From NCBI GenBank assembly GCA_964474895.1, contig CAYYUK010000001.1:92684-156683 (forward strand): 64,000 bases of DNA, read 5' to 3'. The notes under the pieces are model-generated. The model searched no databases, was not told the origin of the DNA, and saw only the letters and a list, made by a program, of their open reading frames with translations. This DNA is from Candidatus Woesearchaeota archaeon. Lineage in GTDB: Archaea > Nanobdellota > Nanobdellia > SCGC-AAA011-G17 > PNOQ01. This document shows positions 55,894-64,000 of this stretch, one piece after another; the first letter of the stretch is position 1, and each line of letters begins with the position of its first letter. The position numbers and the translations under genes are program-made.

Positions 55894-57033
55894 ATGATGA
55901 ATAAGAAAGCAAGTAATCCGGTTTCTACGTTAATAATCATAATTGGTGTTTTAATTGTGTTGTATGTCTTAATCATGCCTCCTTGTGATAAGTGTGAATT
56001 GTTGAAAACAGATTGTCCTTCATATTGCGAGGATGAAGGAGCTTCAGAAGATATTTTATTGTCTGTTGAGCCTGGAGAGGTTTCTTTGGCAGATAGGAGA
56101 ACATATGATTTAGGATCTATGAATCTCTATTCCCATTCTGAACCAAATATAGATGAACTTGCAGAGTCATTGAGTGTTAGCAAAGGTTGGTTTGGAACTA
56201 TTAATCAAGATTTGGTTTTTAATATAGATAGTTTTAGTGATTTAGATTCTGTTGAACTTTCTTTTGTTGTTGTTGATTCTAGGGGAGATTTAAAGGTTTA
56301 TTTGAATGATAGGCAAATTTTTTCAGATAGTGCTTCTTCTGGTAGAACTGTTGAAATAGAATTGCCTGTTTCTTATTTAGAAGAAGTTAATGATTTAAGG
56401 TTGGAATCTGAAATGCCAGGATTGGCTTTTTGGGCAAGAAATTATTATGACCTAAGAGACATAGAAATTTTACAATATTATGAGATAGTTCATTCTAGTG
56501 AAGAAAAATCTTTTTTTATGGGCGATTCTGAGTTTGATTCTCTTGAAGCTGCAGAGTTGGAGTTTACAATATATTGTTCTTCTTTAGATGGGGATACTGG
56601 ATTCAAAATTTATTTGAATAATGAATTAGTTAGATCTGATAATATTGGTTGTATTAGGGATGATATTTCTTTTAGTATTGACACTAGTTATTTTGAACAA
56701 GGAACTAATGAGGTAAAATTTTTAGTTGATAACGGTAACTTTTTGTTGAGTGGTGTTGAAATGAAAGTTTGGTTTGATGAAACTGTTTATCCTTCTTATG
56801 AATTTGATGTTGATGAAAAGTTTGGAAATGAGTTTGAATTGTACATGAAATTTGGTTCTTCTGGAGATAAGAATGGAGATATTTATCTTAATGGAGATAC
56901 GATAGTTTTAGATACTGGTTCGAATACGTTTAGGGAAGATATTACAGATCATGTTGTCGTTGGTACAAATTATTTAGAAATCAGACCAGATAATGAGTTT
57001 GAAATAGATAAATTAAAAGTTTCAATTGTATAA
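55894..57033 (+). CDS. Secreted or surface protein with three internal YLN-motif repeats
   Basis: N-terminal MMNKKAS then PVSTLIIIIGVLIVLYVLI (signal or pilin-like). Repeats DLKVYLNDRQIFSD, GFKIYLNNELVRSD, GDIYLNGDTIVLDTG. ATG 55894 is preferred over the TTG at 55852. Confidence 0.5.
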   Translation: MMNKKASNPVSTLIIIIGVLIVLYVLIMPPCDKCELLKTDCPSYCEDEGASEDILLSVEPGEVSLADRRTYDLGSMNLYSHSEPNIDELAESLSVSKGWFGTINQDLVFNIDSFSDLDSVELSFVVVDSRGDLKVYLNDRQIFSDSASSGRTVEIELPVSYLEEVNDLRLESEMPGLAFWARNYYDLRDIEILQYYEIVHSSEEKSFFMGDSEFDSLEAAELEFTIYCSSLDGDTGFKIYLNNELVRSDNIGCIRDDISFSIDTSYFEQGTNEVKFLVDNGNFLLSGVEMKVWFDETVYPSYEFDVDEKFGNEFELYMKFGSSGDKNGDIYLNGDTIVLDTGSNTFREDITDHVVVGTNYLEIRPDNEFEIDKLKVSIV

Positions 57034-57046
57034 AGGGGTGTAAATT

Positions 57047-58231
57047 TTGGCAGAATATGAAGAAAGAGAATTGGCAGAATATGAAGAAAGAGAATTTTCT
57101 TTAAGAACTGGGCTTGGTTGGGTCGTGAAGGTTTTTATAGTTCTTGTGTTAGTTGGGGGTATTTTTATTGGGGCGGTTTTTGCATGGAATTTTGTCAGTT
57201 CTGGTTTAGCCGGTTCTGCTTATGAAAAATTGTCTGTTGGAATTCAGGAACAAACTCCTACTAATCCTTTTTTGAAAGCTTGGCATTATATAACTAATCC
57301 CGCGGATCTCAATACCTATGATTCTGTTGTTGAAGTTAATGAGGAAAATGAAGATTTGGGCGTTAAAATTACTGACCTTGAAAGTACAAAACCCTTTTTC
57401 TTTGAAGATGAAGGCATTGTTGTTAGGGGGATGGTTGAAGCTGCAGCTATCACTGGAGGGGGTTCTATTGTTTCTTTGGATTGTATGATCAGAGGGTATG
57501 AGAACGAAGCAACTGTTGATCCTACCGAAATTGAAGTTATTGGTAATGGGATTGTTCAACATGAAAATGTTCTTTGTTCTTTTGAGCCTGGAAATAATAT
57601 AGATAGTGATGTTGGAATAAGGAGGATTGAATTAGGTGCCACATCCGAACTTTATACAATAGCTACTTATGATGTCTTTGTGATTAAAGATGAAGAATAT
57701 AATCGTATTAAGTATGAATTAGGATTGGATCCTTTTATTGAAATTTTGGGTGGAAAGCCAGATTTGCTTGGTCCAGGAAATATAATGAGATCGAGAACAA
57801 TTCCAAGTCCTATGAAATTAAGTATTTCTACTCAGACAGAGCAGCCATTTAAATCTGAAGATAGCATTTTTTTATTAGTTAGTTTGGATGAAATCTGGGA
57901 AAATGGAGAGTGGCTAAGAATTGATAGTTTAAAGATCACTGTTCCAAGCACCATAATTGAACCAAGAGATGATCCTAACAGTTGTGATTTTGTGTTTACT
58001 GGTGAATACGATGGGGAGTATAAAATTTATGAGGTTTCTGAAGAAGTTTTGAGTAGAATAAACAGTGTTGGTGAGTCTGGCGAATATAGTGTTGTTTTTC
58101 AATGTGCCATGGATGTAGGATCTCTTTTGTCTGATGAAGATATCTTTCAGAGCTCCATTATTGCGGAAGCGAGCTATGTTTACAAAGTAGAAAAGGCTAC
58201 TACTGTAGATATCAGGAAGAGTAGTGTTTAG
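57047..58231 (+). CDS. Signal-anchored acidic surface protein. TTG start. The N-terminus carries a 24-bp tandem duplication (AEYEEREL x2).
   Basis: No in-frame ATG upstream of the TM helix. GGGGTG SD-like sequence 8 nt upstream of TTG 57047. TM is VVKVFIVLVLVGGIFIGAVFAW. Confidence 0.45.
   Translation: MAEYEERELAEYEEREFSLRTGLGWVVKVFIVLVLVGGIFIGAVFAWNFVSSGLAGSAYEKLSVGIQEQTPTNPFLKAWHYITNPADLNTYDSVVEVNEENEDLGVKITDLESTKPFFFEDEGIVVRGMVEAAAITGGGSIVSLDCMIRGYENEATVDPTEIEVIGNGIVQHENVLCSFEPGNNIDSDVGIRRIELGATSELYTIATYDVFVIKDEEYNRIKYELGLDPFIEILGGKPDLLGPGNIMRSRTIPSPMKLSISTQTEQPFKSEDSIFLLVSLDEIWENGEWLRIDSLKITVPSTIIEPRDDPNSCDFVFTGEYDGEYKIYEVSEEVLSRINSVGESGEYSVVFQCAMDVGSLLSDEDIFQSSIIAEASYVYKVEKATTVDIRKSSV
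57049..57096. repeat. Perfect 24-bp tandem duplication (ggcagaatatgaagaaagagaatt x2) at the 5' end of a surface-protein gene
   Basis: Direct read of positions 57049-57072 and 57073-57096. Confidence 0.85.
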
Positions 58232-58260
58232 AAAGATTTTTATATAATCCTCTTTAGGAT

Positions 58261-59184
58261 TTGTTTATTATGAGAGGTGTTTTAGTATTATTACTTTTGG
58301 TAGTGGTTTTGTTAGTTTCTTCTTGTCAACAAGGAACTCAATCTACAAATGTTGGGGGGATTGATATAGAATTTATTGAAAATCAACCTCCTGTTACTTT
58401 GAGAGAAGATGCTTCATTCACTGTTGGACTTTATTTAAAGAATAATTTACCAAAAGCCGTTCAAAATATAGAAGTTTGTGTTCAAGATTCTTTTAGGGAT
58501 GGTAATGGGGGCATATTTGGTGAAGAGTGCAAATCTGTTGATATTTCTGCTGCAGATGTTAGTGGAGATACAATTTCTCCAGAGATAGAACAAGTTTATT
58601 TTCCAATTGGTGAGGGTGGTTATGTCTATGATAATTTAGGTATCGGTATTGATAGTGTTGTTGTGCTTGTTGACATCTCCTACTTTTTGAATACTATTTC
58701 TACTGTTAGTGATTTTTGTTTGAAAGAGGATCCAGGTTATGAGGTTGAAGAAATGGATTGTGATCCCAATAAAATTTTTACTGGTAGTGATATAAGAAAT
58801 CAGATAGCTCCAATTATTGTGGATAGGGTAAAAACTAGTGTGGTTAATGAAGGTTATCAAAATAGGGTTTATTCTGAAATCTATTTTAAGAAGGCCGTTG
58901 GTGGAGAAGTTTTACAATCTGATTTTTATTCTGGTGAGGATTCTACAATGCCGTTAGTTGGGTACTCAATTACTCTTGCTTCTGGAGAGGTTTTTGAATG
59001 TGACTCTGACGAAGAAGGATTCCTTGTTTTTGATGATCTTGTTGAAGTACTTGAATGTAATGCTCCTGTGGTTCTTAGTAGTGAGTGGGAAAATAGTGCA
59101 ATTAATATAGAGTTGTCTTATAATTACGGTATTGGTGCAAATCGTGAAATATCTTTTAAAAAAAGTGGGGAGGAATTAATTTAA
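58261..59184 (+). CDS. Lipoprotein-like surface protein (CARDB/DUF11-like beta-sandwich segments)
   Basis: Signal peptide LLLLVVVLLVSSC (lipobox-like). FTVGLYLKNNLPKAV motif. Multiple Cys. Confidence 0.5.
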   Translation: MFIMRGVLVLLLLVVVLLVSSCQQGTQSTNVGGIDIEFIENQPPVTLREDASFTVGLYLKNNLPKAVQNIEVCVQDSFRDGNGGIFGEECKSVDISAADVSGDTISPEIEQVYFPIGEGGYVYDNLGIGIDSVVVLVDISYFLNTISTVSDFCLKEDPGYEVEEMDCDPNKIFTGSDIRNQIAPIIVDRVKTSVVNEGYQNRVYSEIYFKKAVGGEVLQSDFYSGEDSTMPLVGYSITLASGEVFECDSDEEGFLVFDDLVEVLECNAPVVLSSEWENSAINIELSYNYGIGANREISFKKSGEELI

Positions 59185-59185
59185 A

Positions 59186-60100
59186 ATGAAAAAAATAATA
59201 TTTGTTCTTTTGCTGGCAACGATGTTCATATCTGCTTGTAGTAGCGATGGAGATGTTGTTGTAAGTGAAGGACCGTTTGTTGGAGGTTCAGAAGGTGTTG
59301 CAGTTTCTTTTGTTGAGGGCGCGCCGTTTGGAGAGTTTGTTGCTGGGCAAGATATTCCTATTAAATTGTTGTTGAAGAATAGTGGGGAGTATGATCTTGC
59401 TGGAGGAAGTATTGAAGCAAAATTGTTCGGAGTTCATATGCCTTCTTTTAGTTTGGATGCAGGTTGGAGTATAGTGAATTCTCCACTTATAGGTGTCAAG
59501 AAAGGATTCTTAGAAGAGGGTTCTGAAAAGATAGTTGATATGGGTGTTTTAAATTATGTTGCTGAAATAAATAATCCAATAGAAACTACATTGTACTCTA
59601 AAATATGTTATCCCTATAGAACTAGTGCAAGTGTTAATATTTGTGTTAGCTCTAAAGAAATTGAGGATTCTGGAGGAGAAGTTGTTTGTGATATAGCTGA
59701 AGATAAACTTGTTGAGGGCGGAGTTTCTAGTGGTCCTGTTCAGTTGACTAGTTTTTCTGAAGAATTTGAGGGTGTAAATAGACTGGCTTTTAAGTTGACT
59801 TTTGAAAATCAGGGTGTTGGCCAGGTTTTCGGCAAGAATATTTCTTGTGAGAACATAGATACTGTCGAAGGAAATCTTGAGGAAGATAAGGTTTATTTAA
59901 CTATGCCAGAAGACATAACTTGTTTCTTTGTAGAGGGAGAGGAATCCAATGAAGGGTATATTAGAGTTGGTGGAAATACGGTTACTTGTCATATGGATGT
60001 AGAGAATACTGGGTCAACCTATGAAAGAAACATAAACATTTTTGCAGATTATAGATACATTGAAAGCACATCTGTCGATTTGACAATTTTAGAGGTTTAG
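59186..60100 (+). CDS. Lipoprotein-like surface protein, paralogue-like of 58261..59184
   Basis: Signal LLLATMFISAC. IPIKLLLKNSGEYDL, LTFENQGVG and MDVENTGSTYERN motifs, as in CARDB-type domains. Confidence 0.5.
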   Translation: MKKIIFVLLLATMFISACSSDGDVVVSEGPFVGGSEGVAVSFVEGAPFGEFVAGQDIPIKLLLKNSGEYDLAGGSIEAKLFGVHMPSFSLDAGWSIVNSPLIGVKKGFLEEGSEKIVDMGVLNYVAEINNPIETTLYSKICYPYRTSASVNICVSSKEIEDSGGEVVCDIAEDKLVEGGVSSGPVQLTSFSEEFEGVNRLAFKLTFENQGVGQVFGKNISCENIDTVEGNLEEDKVYLTMPEDITCFFVEGEESNEGYIRVGGNTVTCHMDVENTGSTYERNINIFADYRYIESTSVDLTILEV

Positions 60101-60121
60101 TCCTCTTAATTTTTTCTTTTT

Positions 60122-60697
60122 TTACATTAATGTTTTTTGAGAAAGTTCTTGTTTAACTATTTCCATATCTTTTTCCCATTCAGTTATAAGATTTCTATTG
60201 TAAATTATTGCCGCAGGATGGAACAAAGGAATTAGTTTTATTTTTTGATCTTCTATTTGAATTAATTGTGGTTTTCCATGTACTTGTGTTATTCCTGGCT
60301 GTAGCTTCATGTTTTCTATGTTTCCAAGAGCTAAGAAAAATTTGGTTGAATAGTTTCCTAATGAACAAACAACTTTTGGTTTCATTTCTCTTATTTGTTT
60401 TAGTAAGTATGGTGTGTGTTGTTTGATTTCTTCTGGTTGTGGATCTCTGTTTTCTGGAGGTCTACATTTTAGTATGTTTGTTATGTAAATATCATCTAAT
60501 GATAGTCCTACTTGTTTTAGAAGATTGTCTAGATTTTTACCTGCTGCACCTACAAATGGAACGCCTTGTTCATCTTCTTTTCTTCCTGGTGCTTCACCAA
60601 CGAAGAGAATCTTTGCTTGTTCGTTTCCTTTTCCGAAGACTATGTTTGTGCAGTTTTTGAAGATTTCTGTAGATTTGATTAATTCTAGTTCATCCAT
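60122..60697 (-). CDS. udg: Uracil-DNA glycosylase, family 4
   Basis: ILFVGEAPGRKEDEQGVPFVGAAG (GEAPG motif) and the HPAAIIY/His motif. ATG 60697 is preferred over the track start 60727. Confidence 0.8.
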   Translation of the reverse strand: MDELELIKSTEIFKNCTNIVFGKGNEQAKILFVGEAPGRKEDEQGVPFVGAAGKNLDNLLKQVGLSLDDIYITNILKCRPPENRDPQPEEIKQHTPYLLKQIREMKPKVVCSLGNYSTKFFLALGNIENMKLQPGITQVHGKPQLIQIEDQKIKLIPLFHPAAIIYNRNLITEWEKDMEIVKQELSQKTLM

Positions 60698-60848
60698 TTT
60701 TCTTTGCAATTCTTCTGTATTTTCCAAATTTATCGTCTACTGAATACTTTGCTGGTTTCGGATTTTCTGTTTTCTTTTTACACTTAGGACATTCTTTTTC
60801 TAGGGTGTAAAGATTACATGATTCACAAAAAAAGATTTGATGTTTCAT
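60690..60848 (-). CDS. nop10: H/ACA RNP protein Nop10, 52 aa, below the track cutoff
   Basis: Hand translation gives MKHQIFFCESCNLYTLEKECPKCKKKTENPKPAKYSVDDKFGKYRRIAKKNG (Zn-ribbon CxxC...CxxC then the PxKYSxDDK Nop10 signature). Its ATG overlaps the aIF2alpha TGA. Confidence 0.7.
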   Translation of the reverse strand: MKHQIFFCESCNLYTLEKECPKCKKKTENPKPAKYSVDDKFGKYRRIAKKNG

Positions 60849-61618
60849 TTTAATTTAGAGAATGAAATTGTTCCGCCCGCTGCTTCAATTTCTTTTGTTG
60901 CATCTTCTTCTAACTGTTTTAACAATCCTTCTGCAGTTTTATAGTCTGATGCTGTAATACTGACTTTATATTTTGGTGCACTGATGTAAGCTATTTTTAT
61001 TTCTCCTTTTTGCAATTTTACTAATGTTTTCTTTATTATTTCTATTCCGTTTGGAGATTCTACTTGTATCTCTAACATTCCTTTAACTTCAACTTTTTTT
61101 GGTTTGATTTTTTCAAGTATAGTGTCTGTTATTTCTTGTTCTAATTTTTTTGGAAGTTTTAGTTCTTCTAATTCTTCATGATCTAGAGAGAATCTTTGAA
61201 ATGCCTTATTCAGTGAACCATATTCGTCAATTAACTTATTACCTAGTTCTTTGTACATGGTTTCTAAGTTTTTTCCCAGTTTTTTCCCAAGAGAATCTAA
61301 AGCTTTTTCTGCCTTTAACTCTTGTTTCCATTCGGCAGTTTTGTTTATCTTTTGTGTTGTGCTTACTCTTCTTATCGATAAATCAATATGTCCTTTTTGC
61401 CTGTCTATTTTTAGAATCTTGCAAACTATTTGTTTGCCTTCCCTTACATAATCTCTAATGTTTCTTATTCTACCTGGCGAAATTTCAGAAATATGAATCA
61501 TTCCTTCTTTTGTAGCGTATTCATCTAATGTTGCAAAAACAGAATGATAAAGAATTTTTTTGACTGTAGCTATTGCAATCTCTCCTTCTTCTGGGAAACC
61601 TTGTTTTTTGAAGAACAT
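60845..61618 (-). CDS. eif2a: Translation initiation factor aIF-2 alpha subunit
   Basis: N-terminal S1 domain (PEEGEIAIATVKKILYHSVFATL...ISEISPGRIRNIRDYV). 257 aa. Confidence 0.9.
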   Translation of the reverse strand: MFFKKQGFPEEGEIAIATVKKILYHSVFATLDEYATKEGMIHISEISPGRIRNIRDYVREGKQIVCKILKIDRQKGHIDLSIRRVSTTQKINKTAEWKQELKAEKALDSLGKKLGKNLETMYKELGNKLIDEYGSLNKAFQRFSLDHEELEELKLPKKLEQEITDTILEKIKPKKVEVKGMLEIQVESPNGIEIIKKTLVKLQKGEIKIAYISAPKYKVSITASDYKTAEGLLKQLEEDATKEIEAAGGTISFSKLK

Positions 61619-61621
61619 ATT

Positions 61622-61789
61622 TTACTCAATTACCTCTAGAATGTTTGCATTGATTTTTCCTTTTCCACCGGTAGGTGTACTAAGGATTTCTGAACATACA
61701 AGGCATTTTATTTCTGATGCTCCCTTTTCAAAGATTATTTGTTCGTTTTTGCATTTCTTACAACGTATTTTTATAAATTTTGATTTCAT
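61622..61789 (-). CDS. rps27e: Ribosomal protein S27e (eS27), 55 aa, below the track cutoff
   Basis: Hand translation gives MKSKFIKIRCKKCKNEQIIFEKGASEIKCLVCSEILSTPTGGKGKINANILEVIE (C4 zinc finger of S27e). Its ATG overlaps the L44e TGA. Confidence 0.75.
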   Translation of the reverse strand: MKSKFIKIRCKKCKNEQIIFEKGASEIKCLVCSEILSTPTGGKGKINANILEVIE

Positions 61790-62097
61790 TTTAATTCTAC
61801 CTTCTTTGCTCTTTTTAGAGTTAATATGCTTGCTTTGTTACATTCGGCACATGTTAATTTTAGATTTATTTTTTTGCTTGTTTTTGCACCATATCTTTTC
61901 CAAGAAGTCAATGCACCTTTAGAACCGTAATTACCTAAGTTACCAAAACCTCTTCCAAGGCCTCTCTTTTTAGCTCTGTTGATAGATCCCCTCTTAAGAG
62001 AACCTCTTTTACCTGTGGTTTTTGCTTGGGTTGTTTTGTGCTCTGTGTGCTTCTTACAGGTTTTGCAATATGCTTTTTTTGTTTTAGGTACTTTCAT
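61786..62097 (-). CDS. rpl44e: Ribosomal protein L44e (eL42)
   Basis: KTKKAYCKTCKKHTEHK...CAECNK zinc ribbon. Highly basic. 103 aa. Confidence 0.85.
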   Translation of the reverse strand: MKVPKTKKAYCKTCKKHTEHKTTQAKTTGKRGSLKRGSINRAKKRGLGRGFGNLGNYGSKGALTSWKRYGAKTSKKINLKLTCAECNKASILTLKRAKKVELK

Positions 62098-62713
62098 TTT
62101 CGATTGCTTTTTTTGTTTTTATCAGTAAATTTGCTACATCTAGTGGTATTTCAGCTAAATTTTCTTTTTCAAATGGGCCATACACGTTTAAATCTGTTCC
62201 AACAAAAGTGGGAACGCTGGCCAGGAATTTTAGCTGCTTTGTTGTTGTAGGGGGCATATTTTCCTCTTTTAAACCTTTTGGTTCCTCTTTAGTGATTATT
62301 TCTTTTCCAGATAATATGCTTAATAGGGTATTATCTCTATAATTTGATAGAAGATAGAGTGCGTCTTCATAGAAAGTTCTTTCTTCCTTGAGCATACTTT
62401 CTTTGTCTGCAGTGTTTGTATGGTTAGATTTTGTTGCTATTAACGCCAATTCTATAATCTTTGCTTCTCTTCTTTCATATAACTCTTTTAGAATTTTTTG
62501 AATATTTTCTATTTGTTTTCTTGTTTTTTGCACTTCAGTGTTTGTAAAAACACTATCTTTGTTTTCTTGAGATTGTAAGATATCCTTTTTTTCTTCTATG
62601 TATCTTGTTATGTTTATGTAGAATTCTGGATCTAATTTTTGTAGTTCTACCCTTTGTTTTTCCATTCGCAAAGCATCATATAACAATTCATATGTAATAA
62701 CTGTCTTTTCCAT
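62084..62713 (-). CDS. GINS subunit-like protein (Gins51/Psf1-Sld5-like A-domain)
   Basis: N-terminal ITYELLYDALRMEKQRVELQKLDPEFYINITRYIEE fits the GINS A-domain pattern (yeeL..l..E....eLq.L..dFy). Overlaps the L44e gene start. Confidence 0.4.
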   Translation of the reverse strand: MEKTVITYELLYDALRMEKQRVELQKLDPEFYINITRYIEEKKDILQSQENKDSVFTNTEVQKTRKQIENIQKILKELYERREAKIIELALIATKSNHTNTADKESMLKEERTFYEDALYLLSNYRDNTLLSILSGKEIITKEEPKGLKEENMPPTTTKQLKFLASVPTFVGTDLNVYGPFEKENLAEIPLDVANLLIKTKKAIENEST

Positions 62714-62799
62714 TTTTCGTGTAAATTTTAGTTTGTTTATTAAGTTATTGGACTCTGAAGAGAAAGGTTTTTATTCTTGATTTTTTAAGGTTAATTATC

Positions 62800-63375
62800 A
62801 TGAGGCGATACATTTACCTTTTTAGGCATGGTACTACTACTGATAATGCCGCTGGCAAGTTTTCTGGTTTTAGAAATGTTTCTTTGAATAAACGGGGAAT
62901 GGATGATGCTAGGATAGTCGCTCTTAGATTGAAGGATAAGAAATTTGATGTTGCTTTCCAGAGTAGATTAAAGAGATCCAAACAGACCTTGAAAGAGGTT
63001 TTGAAGTTTCATCCTGAATGCAAAGTTGTTATGACTGATAATCGAATTATTGAAAGAGATTATGGTGCCGTTTCTGGTAAGACCCATTATAATTATATTA
63101 AGAAGAATTCTCCTGAAAAATATGATAAGTTTCACAGAGGATATTCTACTAGGCCTCCTAAAGGCGAATCTGTCAAAGATGTTGAAAAGAGAATTAAACC
63201 ATTTATTAAAGATATGATAAAAATTATGAAGGAGAAAAAAATCAATGTTGCAATTTCAGCACATGGCAATTCTATGCGGCCTTTAAGAAGATATTTTGAA
63301 AAGTTAAGTGTAATAGAAATGATGTTGATAGAAAATCCTTATGATGATGTTTTTGTTTATGAAGTAAAAGTTTAG
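62800..63375 (+). CDS. Histidine phosphatase / phosphoglycerate mutase family protein
   Basis: LFRHGTTTDN (RHG catalytic motif). 191 aa. C-terminal His at ISAHGNS. Confidence 0.7.
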   Translation: MRRYIYLFRHGTTTDNAAGKFSGFRNVSLNKRGMDDARIVALRLKDKKFDVAFQSRLKRSKQTLKEVLKFHPECKVVMTDNRIIERDYGAVSGKTHYNYIKKNSPEKYDKFHRGYSTRPPKGESVKDVEKRIKPFIKDMIKIMKEKKINVAISAHGNSMRPLRRYFEKLSVIEMMLIENPYDDVFVYEVKV

Positions 63376-64000
63376 ACATTTATGCTTAAGAAATCTTCTG
63401 CAAGTTTTGAGTTCTTGAATATTTTTTTAGCTTCTGCTATTATTTGTTTTCTTTCCCTATATCTTTCACTTATGTGGGTTAAGATTAGTTGTTTTGAATT
63501 TGACTCTTTTGCTATTGTTGCTGCTTGTTTTGCAGTTAGGTGTTGGTATTGTTTTGCCTTATCTTTATCTCTATCTAAGAATGTTGACTCAAGAACCAAT
63601 ACTTTTGAATTTTCTGCAAACTTGGAAATCTTTTTTGTATAACCTGTGTCTAAAATTATTGTTACTTTGTGACCTTCGATGAGAGTAGTTCCTTTTTCTG
63701 GAGTTATTTTTTTCCCTTTGTAAGTAATTGTTTTTCCCTTTTGAAGTTTTCCGAGTATCGGATCTTTTTTTAACCCAAATTTTTTGATATATTCCAAATT
63801 TATTTTTCTCTTTGGTGTTTCTCTGAATGAGTATCCAAGGCAGTGTGATGTATGGGGGAGTGTTTCAGCCAGAATTTGGAAATCTTTTTCTTTTATGAAG
63901 ATGCCTTTCTTCTTTATTTCGGTTACTTCATAGTTTATCTTATGGGTGTTTGCCATGAAAAGAGACATTATTCTTGAAATGAATTTCTTTGTTCCTTCTG
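63372..64000 (-). CDS. rnz: Ribonuclease Z (tRNA 3' endonuclease), C-terminal ~210 aa. The N-terminal part lies beyond the window end.
   Basis: HTSHCLGY, ILDTGY and LILTHISERY motifs of the metallo-beta-lactamase tRNase Z. The frame stays open through 64000. Confidence 0.75.
   Translation of the reverse strand, partial: EGTKKFISRIMSLFMANTHKINYEVTEIKKKGIFIKEKDFQILAETLPHTSHCLGYSFRETPKRKINLEYIKKFGLKKDPILGKLQKGKTITYKGKKITPEKGTTLIEGHKVTIILDTGYTKKISKFAENSKVLVLESTFLDRDKDKAKQYQHLTAKQAATIAKESNSKQLILTHISERYRERKQIIAEAKKIFKNSKLAEDFLSINV

Noticed and set aside
1-64000. CRISPR arrays, transposases, reverse transcriptase or diversity-generating retroelement
   Set aside because: No regularly spaced direct repeats were seen. 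No ORF has YxDD RT motifs or DDE transposase features. The only repeat families are short microsatellite or duplication events.

Overview
AT-rich, gene-dense archaeal chromosomal segment with short intergenic spacers, frequent 4-nt ATGA stop/start overlaps, and both PolB and PolD present. The content points to a small-genome DPANN-like or euryarchaeal-type archaeon. The window is rich in replication and repair genes: family-B DNA polymerase, topoisomerase IA, an orc1/cdc6-PolD small-PolD large operon next to a predicted oriC, Hef, RPA, RadA, RadB, a GINS-like protein, family-4 UDG and XerA. It also carries translation genes (SerRS, ArgRS, MetAP, aEF1-beta, and an L44e-S27e-aIF2alpha-Nop10 cluster) and a proteostasis set (Cdc48, PAN, a PAC2-family chaperone and a membrane JAMM protease). 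Two tRNAs are present, tRNA-Lys(CUU) and tRNA-Arg(GCG), both on the minus strand. The accessory content is a large type-IV-pilus-like locus (FlaI/FlaJ-like ATPase and membrane platform plus at least ten class-III-signal pilin-like genes), a distant prepilin peptidase next to a cluster of four secreted or lipoprotein-like surface proteins, an uncharacterised operon of a PRC-barrel gene plus three tandem paralogous multipass membrane proteins, a free-standing NUMOD3 plus Vsr-like homing-endonuclease-like gene immediately downstream of polB, and several small zinc-ribbon/HTH regulators. Several real small genes below the 60-aa ORF-track cutoff were recovered by hand translation: Nop10, S27e, the COG2888-like Zn-ribbon protein and a 39-aa pilin-like ORF. 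No CRISPR array, rRNA, transposase or reverse transcriptase was found.
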